Positions 25,581 through 38,854 are shown, counted from the stretch's first letter. The stretch is 56,152 nucleotides of DNA from Raillietiella orientalis (GCA_036172245.1 JAYWIR010000034.1:2294001-2350152), one strand, 5' to 3'. Notes: generated by a model not told the origin, from the letters alone. Translations and numbers: made by a program.

Positions 25581-25950
25581 AATCTTCTTCCGAATGACAT
25601 GAGTGTTTTCATTGGGGTGGAAGGTTCATTAAAGAGAATGATCGTGATGATTCAACAGAAATCAAGGCTTTGGGATGGGAAGAAATTCTGGTTCCACTTT
25701 GGAACTCTCTGCATACTCTAAATTTGAAAGTAAGTTTCTCGCTGCAGCAAAAGAAAGCTTTGCCGAGGTTCTATGACAGCACTGTCTCCAAATGGGTAAA
25801 CCAAATTCACCTAAATTGCCGAAAAATGTAGAAAACATAGAGTGTCTTGGAGAACCCGTAATAGAAAAACTCCGAATGATGTGCTTCCAGATGAAGCGGA
25901 AGAAAACAAGTGAATAGGTGTGGCCCTTGCGTCTGTTGCTCATCGTTTCA
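25581..25950 (+). pseudogene. NB-ARC/STAND ATPase relic
   Basis: NLLPNDMSVFIGVEGSLKRM (cf. NLP.....FVGRE..L), then a frameshift to QGFGMGRNSGSTLELSAYSKFESKF (degenerate P-loop G.GG.GKSTLA...Y....F). IEKLRMM..RLLLIV lies at about Walker B distance. In-frame stops are present. Confidence 0.5.
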
Positions 25951-26497
25951 TTGCCTAAGGAGAATAGTCGGATGCAATCCTCAGTCACCCGATCTGAAGT
26001 CTGTGATGCACTTAATAAGTCGAGCAACTGACTTAAGTCTCTCGGGATCGGTCAGTTGCACCTGGACGTAACCAAACCTTGGTGAAAGAAGCAGAAAGGG
26101 AGAATTTGCTACCGGGAAACTGCTTCCGGAAAACCAACTCTCCGAAGCGTGATGCGGTTGGAGAGACGTCTTTGGCGTGCTGCAGAATTCCGGAAAATTC
26201 TTCCTTTCTGATGCTCCAGTTGCCATTGAAGAAACCGATGAAACTTGGAGCCAAAGAGGGTTGCACTGACTCATCACAATGGGTGCAGACAGTCAGTCTT
26301 CGCAGTTCTTCGACACGGTTCCGCCCCACCCGAGGGTGGGTAATTCTTCAAGATAGGGAGTACCCCGGGAGGGGTATGCCCTATGAATCCAGAAAGGACT
26401 CGGAGTCCGTTCCTCTCACGCCTGGGGAAGGATCCTCGGAAATGGAGATCAGCTCCACCCTGATTGTCTCCGAAAGGGAATCCTCCTTCCTTATTCT

Positions 26498-26660
26498 CTC
26501 CGGAGGACCCCCTGAGGGGTCCGCTTTATTCTTCCTTCTCTGAAGGGAACCAGTAAAGGATCCGATTCTGGAATTTCTTCTCCGGAGGGATCCCCCGCAA
26601 GGGATCCGCTTCTGTTTTTACTCCTCTGAAGAGAACCCAGAAAGGACGCTTCCGAAATTC
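26498..26660. repeat. Degenerate minisatellite, about 40-44 bp unit x4 with alternating subtypes
   Basis: Units: CTCCGGAGGACCCCCTGAGGGGTCCGCTTTATTCTTCCTT / CTCTGAAGGGAACCAGTAAAGGATCCGATTCTGGAATTTCTT / CTCCGGAGGGATCCCCCGCAAGGGATCCGCTTCTGTTTTTACTC / CTCTGAAGAGAACCCAGAAAGGACGCTTCCGAAATTC. Confidence 0.7.
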
Positions 26661-26739
26661 AGAAGGACGCAGCTTCCCCGAAGGAATCGGGCTTGCTTCT
26701 CTGCACTCTCTGAAGAGGTGGTGGCGACACACCTACTCC

Positions 26740-27000
26740 ATCAGTACGAAGCGGAGGGTCTCCCTGGAATGGAGGTCCGATCCTTCACAACCAGAGGGGA
26801 AGAACTCCCACTCCTTGATTCCTGGAAGGACAAGGAGGTCGACACCCATTTGTCCCGGCCCTCATCGGATGCATCCGGTTTGATCCGCTACCAGTGTCAC
26901 CCGAATAAATGCAGACCAACCAGCGTCATCCTGTGGAGTGAATTCGGAACCCAAGACGCACTGCGCCGATTCCTTCGGAGTATTCGAACCCACGACGCTT
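26740..27000 (-). mobile_element. Possible DIRS/LTR RNase H relic
   Basis: IKPDASDEGRD resembles I.TDAS..GWG, and EW....EGSDLHSRETLRFVL resembles W...E...HSN.REL.AV. The strand is ambiguous because the DAS codons lie in the palindrome GGATGCATCC. Confidence 0.28.
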
Positions 27001-27489
27001 GGTGGCGCCAAGCGTGGAGACCATCGTAACCACACAGCCTCCGACGCAGGCAGTCAGTCAACACAGTCGATTTTAGGGATGACACAACACAATAGTGAAT
27101 CCTTGAAATAAGGATTTCATAACTCCTTCTAATTCATCTTTCATCAAAGAACTAATTTTCCATAGATTTCCAGGAACGGTAGCTTTTCATAATGAACACG
27201 AAGTAGCAAAATAGGTAAGGAGCTGCAAGTAGATGCATCTATCCAAAGGAAACTCTTGGCAATGTAATTTGACGAAGACTTTCACATGTAGGATAAGAAA
27301 TAATTAAGAAACGATGCAAAAGGCATGATGAAAGCTGTGACTTCAGACCGCCTAGCAATTCAACTAGACTGCATAATCTCCCTAATGAACAAAATTTCCT
27401 CTCGTCGAAAGTTTGTGGAGCAGCGCGTTGCGATTGGATGTCACTTTTGTAGGTGGAAGGGGTTCTGCTCCCGATCAACAGAAATGAGA

Positions 27490-27580
27490 GTTCCTGTGGT
27501 GCCTTCCTACTACAAGCGTGCGGGCGTATCCAACCGTCGTGGTCCAGTATCTTGGGTGCTCACGCAGTGACCATGCCTGT
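27490..27580 (+). pseudogene. Possible trypsin-family serine protease fragment
   Basis: SCGAFLL, then in a shifted frame WVLTQ*PC, resembling CG.SLI...WVLTAAHC. The spacing is longer than canonical. Confidence 0.25.
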
Positions 27581-30500
27581 CGATGACTGTAACCTTTAGA
27601 ACTTACATGCCTCTTCAGTGAGGAACCGTTTGCACTGGAAGCCAGGATCTGCAATCCAACACCCAACAACCAGTATCACGCTACTGCATGTTTTCACTGC
27701 AGTTTTACTCTTTGTAAACCCTTTGCTCAACCTCTGATCATGATGCTATCAGTTAATAAAATTTGACTGAATAATATATGAGATTTTGCAAGCTAGAAAA
27801 TCAGGCATGTGTTCTTCGTTATCTCGAAAGTGCAGGAATCGTCTCATAGATATCCACATCATTTGACTACTTCACATGATCATCATCCATGTGGCATCTT
27901 TAAGATCATAAAACTTCTTGACCCCTCTTGAAATGAATTCTAATTTCCCAACGCTCCATAGAAGTGCATACAGCTTGGTCGACGTACTGCATCAATACTC
28001 TTTATTTAATCAGCACTTCCGTTGATCCTGGTGATTTGTTAGTGGTCCAATTACTGGAATGCTGAGCTTGAAAAATTCAGCACCTGTTCCAAAAGACATA
28101 CAGAGAAAAAATGATTTCCATGATCGTTATTAAAACGAGAGAATCCGAGAACGAGCTTTCAACAAATGAAGAGCCGCAATGATTTGAGAAACGAGGAAAG
28201 AGCTCGATGAATCTCTACAAAATGAGAGGATAGAGTGTTTCCACGAAATTTATGCAGCAAATAGTCATCAGTGAAGGAATCCGAAGGGAGATGAACGAGA
28301 AAAAGATCCGATCCTCAGGGATAGAGAAAAATCTACTCTTATGGAGATTCCAGAGTTTTAGAGCGAAAATATTCCCCGAGTTGTCCTGTAAGTCTCCAGA
28401 ATGGTAACGTGCTTAAAAAGCTCACGACCGGAGGTTTTCCCATTCAAAGGGCACTCACGGATCGAAATGTTTGAATCACTCGGACGAGAGAGAGAAAATC
28501 TCAAGATAAAATGCATTTGCTGAAAGAATTCAAGTGATTCTCAAAGGACTTTGATTTGGTTCGTCTATTTTATTTGCAATCCACAGTATACCGAAGTTCA
28601 GTCAACGACTTCCTTCATGTGGAATGCAAGTAATAGAAGAGATGCACTCTGCTGAGAGCGAGGCATCTATTGATATTCCAGGAATGAGTAACAGCTACAC
28701 CATCATATAGAAAGAGTGACGCAATCAACGAGAAAATAGTCGCCAAGTCAGCATGGCTGTAGCCCAAGCACTTAGAGACCGTTTTTACATAATTATGGAT
28801 ATACAGTTAGTTGTAGATAGAGTGATCTACGTGTGACTTGCAGATAATATTGAAAACTATAGCGATTCCCAGAGCTTTTTTTTTTTTTTCTCATCTCACA
28901 TCATGTTCATAGCGTTTTCGATTCCTTCGTCCTAACCATCCACGGCACCCAATCCATTTCAATTGCACAGATTCTGACCAGAGAAGCCCCAAAGAAACAA
29001 GATCGATTTCTATTCGGGACCTCGGATGATCTCTAAAATCATGTACATGTACTACGAATATTCATCCAGAAGTAGAAAGAAGCAAGGAGGTGTAATCATA
29101 ATTAGATCTCTGTAAGTGGTACGCAATGATACATTTCCTCATTTTTTAATGGGATGTTGATCCCATGCGTGGTTTACCTGCTCGGAAGGCCAATGTCAGG
29201 ATCTGAGTAGCTGCAATTACTCAAGTTCTCATTCCACTAGCCCTGACATGTGAGCTAAGAACCAAGAAATTCCAAGGTGTCATCTTCAATCTCCGTTGAT
29301 AGATAATGATGGATTCTCCTCCATTCCAGCGAAGACTTGGTACATAAAGTAGATATAATGTTCATCTTTTTTAATCTACTTCCTGTCGATGCAACTATCT
29401 CAATCTGATGGGATTTTCAGCTTCGAAGTGGTTTTGAAATCACCTTTGAGAAAACCTTCAAGCAAGAGCAGTATCTCATTTTTAAGACTCGGCTCCACGA
29501 GAAGACGTATCGGATCGCAATGCGGAAGTGCAGATTGTGCCTCCCTCTGTTCAACGCACACAAATGCGAGACGTTCTCTCTTTCAAGCGTTCTTCAGCTA
29601 CCGGCTGTCCAAAACATCCCTGAATGTCGTCTCGCATGATGTGTGAGGACGAAGAAGGCGCTCCTCGGTCCTTTGCTAGGAGGTGCACACACGCTAGCTC
29701 TGGAATTCCACTTCCCATGCTGCAAAACCAACTGGACCCGCAGCTACCCGAAAAATTAATCCATACTTCATGCTTGGAGTAAGTGCGCCAAGCCGTGTAC
29801 CTTGGACTTCAATCTTATCAGCGTCCATATCAAAAGACCGAAATCATCCCAGAGTTTCCGCTCATTTGTGAGTTCTGCTTCTTCACATGCAGTATGTCAT
29901 CCGAGCCTCATCATTTACACTGACTCACGTGCTGCATAGAGGAATATGTGATTTCATTTCCTTAGATGATGAATAAATTCATTTTACAAGAAGAAAGAAA
30001 ATGCGAGCTCTGTTAAATGTTTAGTGAATGCTCATTAGATCCATGGAAAATCACGTGATTTAGAACTTGAACTAGATGATTTTTCATCTGCAGTCAAACG
30101 ATGCTGGTATTAGCCATCAGTGGCCACAACAGCCCTCGCCGAGTGCAATGAAGAATATAGAGAATTATTATATGGAGTTGAGCTACTGAGATGCAGGGAT
30201 TTCTCCCTCGGTGTAAAATAAATAAATACAACCTTCAGCACGAGGAAGATGAAACTAAGAGAAGGAGAAACTTCTGAAGCACTTCTTAGTCCACTCTTCT
30301 CACAGTAATTTTTTTGTTCTCATAAACATGTTGGGGCTGCAAGTCTACGAAGAGAATGAGTCTAGATTTGAGCTTGCAGATGGGTAGGCCGAAAATCATA
30401 GATTGGAGCACTGTCGCTTCCACTAAAGTTAGCTTATTTGCCCTTCCGCAGCTCAACTAATACGGATTGTGAATTCTCGGAGAAAAGTGATGCTGAGTTA

Positions 30501-30783
30501 ACAAAGACAATTAGACGCTTCAAAGGTTCGCAGGAAAGTTCGACTGCATTATCTTTATTGAAACAGCACAAATAAGTTCCAAATAGGCAGCAAGCATCGA
30601 GTATTCTATTCTTTCCTTCCAACTTTTTTTTTTTTTTTTTTATTTCTATTCTATTCTTTCATAACGTACGAGAGGCATGGATTCATCATAAGCGGTCCAG
30701 ATTTTGCTTTCAATTCAGCTGAATGCACATCTTCCGTGCAACTGCTGATCTGGAATTCCAAAGGTAAATCATATAATGTTTGT

Positions 30784-30960
30784 TTACGAAAGCTGCAACT
30801 CCTCGGAATAAATAACACGAGGAGTTTGTCACTCTGTGGACTGAGCAGAGGGTGCAAGATGAAACCGAAGAAACCTTTTGATGGAACGGTCATCTTGCGA
30901 CTTCTTTCCTTGGAATATTCGAACGGGTTGCCCGAAATTCTGCCAAACTTTGCAACAAGT
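30784..30960 (+). pseudogene. Leucine-rich repeat remnant
   Basis: LRKLQLLGINN ... KPFDGTVILRLLSLEYSNGLPEILPNF resembles F.GL..L..L.L..N.L..I. Confidence 0.35.
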
Positions 30961-31354
30961 TCATCCTCTGCTAGTGGAAGTCTTCGATTCCCAAGTTAAC
31001 CGATTGCTTAAGCCACTGTCAGAATCTTTCTTTCGTTTGCGTTCCAGGAATGATGGAAGCATCTTTGCCATGAAGAAAGTAAAATAGAGTTTTCTTCGAC
31101 GACCTGTGGGGTGCAAACGTCGCTTGCAAAAGCAGGCATCAGGCAATCGTAACTTCAATTCAAGCGGTCACATGACCCTATTTGAGATGTGATAACGTAA
31201 ACCTTTGCTTATGAACTGTGCATCACTTGCCTTTGCAAACTGGTTTTTAAAGCAATCTTTTCTTGACTAGGTAAAGATCCAAGCGTAGAAGGACCATGAA
31301 AACCTTGAGGTGTTCACCAGTGCTTGATAAAGTGCTAGAATCTCAGCCGGAAGT

Positions 31355-31549
31355 AGAGAGATTGAAGTTCTTGAGGATCGAGTGGAATATTGGCATTCAG
31401 CATCCATGTTCTGCCTCACCATCAGGAAGCCCACCTTCATAAGGAAAATGGTTTCCTTCATTAAGGTCCTTCTTGCCCCGAATCAAAGCAATGAAACCGG
31501 TGGTCCTGAACACCTCATTCCTGGACTGGAATGCTTCATTCAGCAGCAT
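31355..31549 (-). pseudogene. Cytochrome P450 C-terminal exon relic
   Basis: After an acceptor: EVFRTTGFI (cf. EVFRPERF), HFPYEGGLPDGEA (cf. F.PFG.G.R.C.GE, heme Cys lost), a stop, then IFHSILKNFNL (cf. FF..ILQNF.L). Confidence 0.42.
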
Positions 31550-33146
31550 CTCGAAATCAGAAAAATCAAATGAAAGAAAACGCGTCTTCAGTGGCGTCGT
31601 TCGAAATCGGAACGCCACACTTTTCCTTAGATTCTTCATGAAAATTCCTTCCTGAAAATTCCAGAAATTGTTGTTTCGTTAAGACTGCTAGGTTCCTTCC
31701 CTCCTCCCCCACGAGCCTGACTTTTTCTTACGAAATTCTTAAAATCCATGGTTCTTGTTTGCATTGTACCGTTTTCTCTCTCCTTGTCCGAGACAACCAG
31801 GATTTTTTTCAGAGCTTCTTGAGGACGTCGGTTGCATATCTCACAAGCAGTGCCTGGACAAACTGATTGTTTACTGATTGTGTTGCTGAGAAAGCAAGTT
31901 TTCTGGAAATCCTCCAAAAAGCTTAATTACACATGGAACTTTCTTTAGAGAGCGTAACTTGAGCACTTGGAATTATTTTTGCTTCATCAATCATCAGGGC
32001 GTTCGCTCCAATTTTTACAACTGCAGGGGAACCTGAAGCGGGCATCCGGGAAGTCATGAATCTCCTTCATTGATGATGGCACCATTTTCATCATTCATTA
32101 TATTGCATAAGCGATATGACACAGCAGAGCTGGCAGGCTATACTTCGCCCTGTTCATGCGATTAGCCTTCCACTTGGGCAGCGTGGGGCTCCTCGGTGGG
32201 TAGAAATCTCCCGTATCCCGCATTTTGAGAACCTCTATTTTGGGAACTTGCACAGAATTTGGGATGCAATTTCCAGGAATCTGTCACTCGCTCCCTCACT
32301 TGCGCCGCAATGAGAAGTGACGAAAGAGATTCATCGATTACTGATATTAGTGAAGCGGCGAGTGATTTCTAAACTTCCTAGCTCTTTTACCAGCACACCG
32401 AGCAGGAAGGTGGATGGGAAATTTATGGGATAGAAATTAGGATTGATGATTCAATCCAAAAGCAACTTGAGATCTCAGTGAGGCTCTCGAAAAAATTATG
32501 GCCCTGTTTATCGGTAACGCGGCGGTAGAAAAACGATTTCATCACTCCGCGATAAACAGCGAAACTGCACAGGAAACAGTTTCGGAAGACATGCGTTTCT
32601 TACATTCCATATTGCGTCACGAGATTTCGTCTCGATGCTTCTACTTCCAGTCACTGCGGCGACAGTCCCTTTGCTCCACGCAGACACTAATTCATCCATT
32701 CGAGCATCGAAGCCATGATCTCTCTTTCCAAGAGACCACGTCACCAGTGGCCACATTTCTGGAACGTTCCTCCTTCCGTGGCTGCGCATCCCTATTCTTC
32801 CTGTAGACGCAGATTCGAAACAGCCTCGTAGGGCACACCAGCCCGGAAGGAGACTGCGGAACCCAGGATGAGTGCTGAAGACCGTGGACACACCATGAGA
32901 GGTGAAAAAATTGCGTTGCAGCTTGCGCCGATTCCATGTCCACTCTGCAGAACACTTCCGAATTTTACCGCTAACTCCTCTTCTTTCGCTGAGTGCAAAT
33001 GACTTCTTGAACAGCGAAAGAAGGAAGATATCAACTGAAGTTCTTCAGTTCTGATAAGAGAAGTGGGGAAAGAGAGGTAAGACAAAGGACAACAACAACG
33101 TGCTCCGAACCACCAAAGGAAGTTTCTCATCGTGAGTGACTCTTAG

Positions 33147-33271
33147 GTGAATTATCACGAGATCTGCCATGATGAAGTCAAGTTGGAGAACATCATACGG
33201 CGCTAATCCTCTTAGGACACGCAGCAAAACTTCTGGAATTGGTTCGGCGCGTCTTAGCACGGGACCACGAG
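33147..33271 (+). pseudogene. Protein kinase exon relic (subdomains VIb-VII)
   Basis: Bounded by TTAG| and |GTAATG. YHEICHDEVKLENII resembles ICHRDLKLENIL. AKLLE-(1-nt deletion)-GSAR resembles AKL.DFGSAR. In-frame stops are present. Confidence 0.55.
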
Positions 33272-34459
33272 GTAATGGAGATACAGTATGATTGCAAAAG
33301 ATCAGCCTTTTTTGACCAGTTTATGAGAAAATCATCGAAATCTTACGATAGTTACGAGTGAAAGCTTCGGTATTTCAAGCACAAGAGAAAGCGTAAGGGA
33401 GCATGAGAAGAAAGTAAGAAATCATAGCAGAACACTGTAAAGAACATTTGAAAGTGATCCTAGGAGATGGCTGAATTTCCAGGTGCATCCAAGTTTCTTC
33501 AGTTTCAAGGCATGTCAAGCTACTCTTTTCAATGGTAGTTGAAGCTAAATAAAAGGGAACAAGATTGAATTACGTAAGGGACGAAACCCTTCTTCGTATT
33601 GACAAATGAATTCTGATAACACATATGGCTGAAAGACTAAGTGAAACATGTGACCCGTTTTAGGGTGAACACCTTTTAAATGGTATGGGCTCACTCATAG
33701 CATCATTCAGAAGCCATATTTGTTCATAGCACCCCGAAGTTTTCGCCTTTTCCGCCTATTCTCAACCCAGCAGGGTTTAGCAACACGTCTTCAATTCCTA
33801 TTGTGGGTGTCTACCCAGCACAATTAGGACAAGCAGGGGGTCTGCCTTTGAAAACAAATCTGAAGTACTCTAACGTCTACTATTGCTTTCATCTAATAAT
33901 CAGTCATCATTGAAGCCTGTATGTATAAAAGCTTCGATACTGCTTAGGACTGTTACCAGAACTTTGCTACGCTTATCTTCGATAAATGACGTTTAAACAC
34001 ATTTTTTGATTGCTAAAAGCGCAAATAAAGCTGCAACACGTCTTTCAGAAGTTTCCTGTTGGGATGAGATGTGAATCAATCAGCCTTATTTGACCCAACC
34101 CTACTTCTCCTGAATTCCAATAATTCCATTTGGAGTGCTATACAACATTTCAGGCACTTGGCAGCAAAGGGGAAGTTCGAAATCCTAACCAAGGCTTTTT
34201 TCTCAGCTTCTCGTACATAAGGACACACATTGCAACCGTTCTTTTGAAATCAAGTTGCCATGGAAAAAATACGATTCATCAGGAGGAAAGCAAGGATGCA
34301 TTCTGCGTGTCAGATTCCTCAGGGTTTCTTGAATTTCTCCATCAAGTTCAAGGAGAATGGCTTCCTTGTGCTGTCGTGCATTCTGATGTTTGTCCTTTCT
34401 GTCAGAGAAGCTGGGTGCATTTCTTTCTTTCATGTTGCTATGTTTATTCATCATTAACA

Positions 34460-34740
34460 TAGCAACGTCGCAGCGGTTTCGTGCTCCTTCCAATTGTAAT
34501 TTAATACCATTCTATTTGCATGCACACCCGTAGGCTGTCCTGCTTTTCCCTCACGTTTCAGATTTGCGCTTCCCCGTCGTCGAGGCCGTTTCGCCATGTC
34601 GAAGGTCGCACTGGAGGCTAGTCCCGTTGGCATCGAGTTGAGATGTTTCTTCCTCCCGGAATCCAAAACTCCCGCGGCACCAGAGAAACCGAGCACATTC
34701 GGGATGCCTGTCTCGCCTTGCCATCGCGCGACCCATCATG
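34460..34740 (-). pseudogene. Ankyrin-repeat-like remnants
   Basis: DRHPECARFLWCRG resembles GH.ECAR.LL..G. Also RHGETA and WKEHETAATLL in neighbouring frames. Confidence 0.3.
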
Positions 34741-35096
34741 GGGTAAGAAGCAGTAGATAGAATAAGTGTCACCACATCCCATTCTGCATGCTGAATCTAC
34801 AACTCATCATAAAACGACAGCCGTTTCTCAGCAGCCCAGGAGCAATGAGGAGGAGCACTATGTAGCCATTCCTGCTTTCGATCGAAGGTTTCCTTGTCAG
34901 CGTGACTCACAAGAAGTCTGGAAGAGGGGAAGACGATGCTGCATAATTCATGAACTGTTTATGTGATCTTAACTAGGTCCATCTCTCTACATTTCATCCA
35001 TTCGAACGGAAAAGCAGAACAAAATGAACTTTCGAAGTGTCCTTGGAAGCCACGGCGATTTTTCTTCGTAGCAAAGGAACCGCCGCGGAGCCTCGT

Positions 35097-35250
35097 GAAG
35101 TCGCAGATTCTTGCAGTGCCGTGACGGAGATCACAGAACATGTACTTCGTGATCCTGAAGCAGCTCCGGCTTCAGTTGTCCTTCAAGGGTCTTCGATAAT
35201 ATCCCTTACTAGGGATGTTTGCCAAACCTCGCTTGATCATTCCAGTCTCA
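35097..35250 (-). pseudogene. Second protein kinase exon relic (VIa-VII)
   Basis: After a TTTTAG acceptor, IKRGLANIPSKGYYRRPLKDN* ... GTARICDF resembles I.RGLAYIHSKG..HRDLKP.N ... KICDFG. Confidence 0.48.
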
Positions 35251-37846
35251 CTAAAAGGAGAGCACTTCGTCCACCAATCTTTTTGCTGGGCTCAGTGGGG
35301 TCACTGAACGAAGAAACAGCGGGAGAGCTCGCGAGAAACTCACTACTCCGATTTTCACTTTCTCTTCCCGGACTGCCTGGTTATTGACATAAAATCAATA
35401 AAATTCACGTAGTTATAGAGGGACCGGAATGTGGCTTTCAGAAATCAAAGGGATGACTTCGTTGGGGACAAATCAGGAAACAAGTGAAGAGGGGATGAGA
35501 TGAACCGGTCCCATGGTGCTCATCAGCAGTCACAACGGTCTGAGTAAGGAAACGTATCGGGTTGCGGGTTAGCCTGTTTTAAGACCCCATTGAGCTCCAT
35601 ATCCCTCGTTGTTTTTCGCATGCAGACAGTGGCGACCTCTGGAGGCTCCTCCGGATGGTGGCGGTGGCCATTCTTTTCCCGTTCCGGAGACCTCCGTGGC
35701 TCGCGCGCGGTAAAAGAATCGCCTGCGAGGAAGCAGCCGACCAGCCTGGAGAGGCGCGCGCCTTGGTCAAAAGGATCATCCTGTGGGGCAGAGTCGGTAA
35801 ACTGAAGTGCCCCTGAGGTGCGCTGCCAGCCCCATTGCATCCTGGGAGCACATGTGTTAGGGTTCCCACTGTCCCGCTGTGGATGCATCACTTGGGGAAC
35901 TCTCTCCCGTTGTGGAGGTTCCTCGCTTCAGAGAAGACCCTAGTTTTTTAGCAAGATGGCGGTCTCCTGTTAACGTAAAGGAAGGGCGTAGGCGTCTACC
36001 AGGAAACCAAAGATCTTGAGAGTTGCATGGGGAATTCCGAGAAGTAATTAAGCGCCATCTTTTGGTGTGGCTCCATTCTCCAGCCGCGACACTTTTCATT
36101 GACCGATGGGTTTGGCACCCCAGATTTCTGCAACCCGTAAAGAACTCGAATCTGATTCCTTCCACCGTCCCCATCTTTTCATTTTCAAGCGAAAACCGTG
36201 CGTTAACTATTCAACAACCCTTCTAGAAGAAACGTGACCTCGGTCAGAGCGCTCCCTATCCTCGAGAGTGATGTAGGACAGTTAGGGAAGACTTATTATG
36301 TGGTAGGATTGCGCAGCAGCCTTCCTTTTGGATTCCATAGATTTCATGCATTCGCCGTGTTGCCAGTGCAAGAGAATGGGTCCTGCAAATGCTCTTCAGG
36401 ACTCTGTGCTGGATTTTTGGATTCAAGAAGAATTCAAGAAGAATTCGAATACAGAGATCATGAAGGAACTGGAAGAGCCTGAAGCCTCACTGAATGTTCA
36501 GGAAACACCTCGTGCATCCTTAAAGTCGCATTCCATGAACTCAGAAAACGAAGAATCCCGAAACTTGGACGAGAACCCAGAACGGAACCGTTCCGGCGAA
36601 AGTCTTTCTCAGTAGGGAATCTCCAGACAGTTTGCTGACCTGCCACTGATTCCACTAAAGAAGGAATCAACGTAATGGAAGTCAACAATGAATGCAATCT
36701 GTCAATCAACACTTGTTTGAAAAAGGGTCCAGATCTGCCTCTTTGGGTCTATTTCCAAGGGACACAGCGGATCCCCTTATTGCAAATCTGAATAAGATCA
36801 AGAAAAAGAATCCTTTTCCTAGATCGCGCAATGGAGGATCTGCGCACGAGTGTCAAATGAGTGAATGCAATACAAACCCACGAACGCTAAATGAACTCTC
36901 GTGAGACCCTGCGAAAAAGCAGAAAGTCCACCAGCACGGAAACTGTTCTTTCCAACACCTCACTGGTACTCTTGGTACGAGTCACGGACCCTTCGTTTCC
37001 GCAAGTCCACCGCCTTCATTTTTCAGATTCCGAGGCCCCAGGCTAATTCCACACTGCTACGGAAAAGTCAAAATTCATTTCCACAAAAAGAAAATTCCTT
37101 CTTACCCGTAATGGAGTGACAAAAAACGAATAAAAAAACTCCGCAGCAGACTCCGAGCACAGAAGCAGTAGCTACCAGAAGAGTGCCAGATGATGCCCCC
37201 ATTAACTCAACCGCTCTATCCACTCAAGAGAACAGCATCCTCGCATGGAAAGAAAGCCTTGAGTACCTCGCCAGCCTATGAGATGCCGTCCAGCTGTCCA
37301 AGTGCAGCAATCAAAAACACACCTCTCAGATATGCCAAACGACAGAGGCTGCAATCCATGGCTGCTAAGAAGTTCGCACATCAGGCTCCTTCTCAGCTCA
37401 GGAAGCTCTCATTTGCCGAGGTTCCCGAAGGAAACGCCTTCCGGCATGGAACACCCCACCACTCTCGCTTCGCAGGGGGTTGGTTCGCAGAGCTTTCACC
37501 TGCGCCAAATGAGGCCAAATTGCGGGGGTGTGCAGAACCCCACTGGTCAGCGGAGGGAAAGGAGGCCACAAAACATCCTCGAAGAAGGAGGAACTCTTCC
37601 GACATTTCCCAGAGCCACTTCGGCAGACGGAAGAGCTCGCTGTATGCCTCCGTCCTCCTTATTGGGCGACTTGGTCGCACTGAAACCAGTGTCAGCAGCC
37701 CCAAGAAATGCGGTGGATGCGAGGAGTCCACACGCCGTTTTACCAGGTCGAAGAAGAACGTCCTGAGGCGGATTGCGGATCGACAAGACGCGATGAACGG
37801 ACTCAGCTGCCAGCAGACACAAAAGGGTGCCTCACAACCACGGACA

Positions 37847-38011
37847 TTGGACGCGACGGAAGCGTGGCTGTGCCGTTCCTTTTTCACCCTGCACTCCCAG
37901 GTGAGACAGGCCGCGATTTCTCCACATCTCCAAGAAGACTTTCCTGCTCACCTGGACCAGATGACTCACGGAGACAAGCCACTGAAGCGCACTAGCGCGT
38001 TGGCCACTATC
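37847..38011 (+). mobile_element. BEL/Pao LTR retrotransposon pol relic
   Basis: Within ORF 37190..38329, LDATEAWLCR ... LQEDFPAHLDQMTHGDKPLKRTSALATI resembles L..AE..L.R..Q.E.FP..L..L..GK.L...S.L..L. Confidence 0.45.
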
Positions 38012-38655
38012 GGGGGTGATTCCTCTTACCAGAGGCAGACGGCAGAGCGCTCTCAGCGCTCCGCCCAGAACCTGCAAGATGGCGCCAGCCTGAACGGAGA
38101 ACAGAGGCAGAGAATCCTCCAGGGCTGCAACCGGATGAGCACCGTCCACGCAGCCGCTCTGGTCATCAGACCGTGTCTGCGTTCGCACTCATCCGTAATG
38201 CCTTTTTGGCCGACACGGGGATGCAGAACTTGGTGGCCCGCTGCTCTCTATGCGTCCTCTTCCGCCGGACAGCAGCTTGCTGTCTGCCAAGAAGGCATCG
38301 TCACGGAGCACGAGATCACCACAGCATGACACCGCGCATGCGCTCGTCTCAAAGCCAAACGTCCACCTGTATGGCAGGATAGGCTCCAGCTGGCCGGCTG
38401 CGGAGGGAACAAACGACGAGCCGCAGGCTCACACGTGGAGGGTTGGTCGACAAGCGCCCATGGTCTCGAGCAGTGCGATCGATATGCCGCCCGCGGACAT
38501 AAGCGCGTGCCGTCGTGCGCTGTTTCCTCCGAGAGCAGCCCAGACACGTGACCATGCACTCCGCGAATTCCTCCCGCACGTTGCTCCTGGGAACGGCTGC
38601 AGAAGCCGGCGAGTCGCCGCAGATGACCATCGTTGCAAGAGGTGGAAATCGAGGC

Positions 38656-38854
38656 AGCCTCCTTGTTGGAAAGTTGAGACTGGAGATGCAGGATCGGCTC
38701 TCCCAAGAGATAGCACCAAGGCAGGCCCAGGACAAGGAGCAAGCTAAGGGAAGGGAAGAGACGAAATTCCTCCTCAGCCGACAACAGCGAGAGAGGAGCA
38801 CCCGTGGACTCTTCCGCCGATGGACCAGACGGCGACACGGGGCAGGGAAAATGC
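38656..38854 (+). mobile_element. Ty3/gypsy-like gag relic with decayed CCHC zinc knuckle
   Basis: SLLVGKLRLEMQDRLSQE resembles gag. The codons TTC-x2-TGG-x4-CAC-x4-(A)TGC at 38812-38854 keep CX2CX4HX4C spacing apart from one inserted base, and the two lost Cys are each one substitution from TGC. Confidence 0.4.

Noticed and set aside
27000..27017. PBS-like TGGTGGCGCCAAGCGTGG
   Set aside because: It is not preceded by an LTR ending in CA and is mismatched to tRNA 3' ends.
28310..28390. hAT dimerisation-like ENLLLWRFQSFRAKIFPELS
   Set aside because: The downstream PA(T/S)S..SER.FS motif is absent.
33180..33245. F-box-like IPEVLLRVLRGLAPYDVLQL on the - strand
   Set aside because: It is antisense to a better supported kinase relic with splice sites. 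This shows how easily chance motifs arise here.
35825..35860. ABC-type P-loop-like LPGCNGAGS
   Set aside because: It lacks the Lys and any other ABC motifs.
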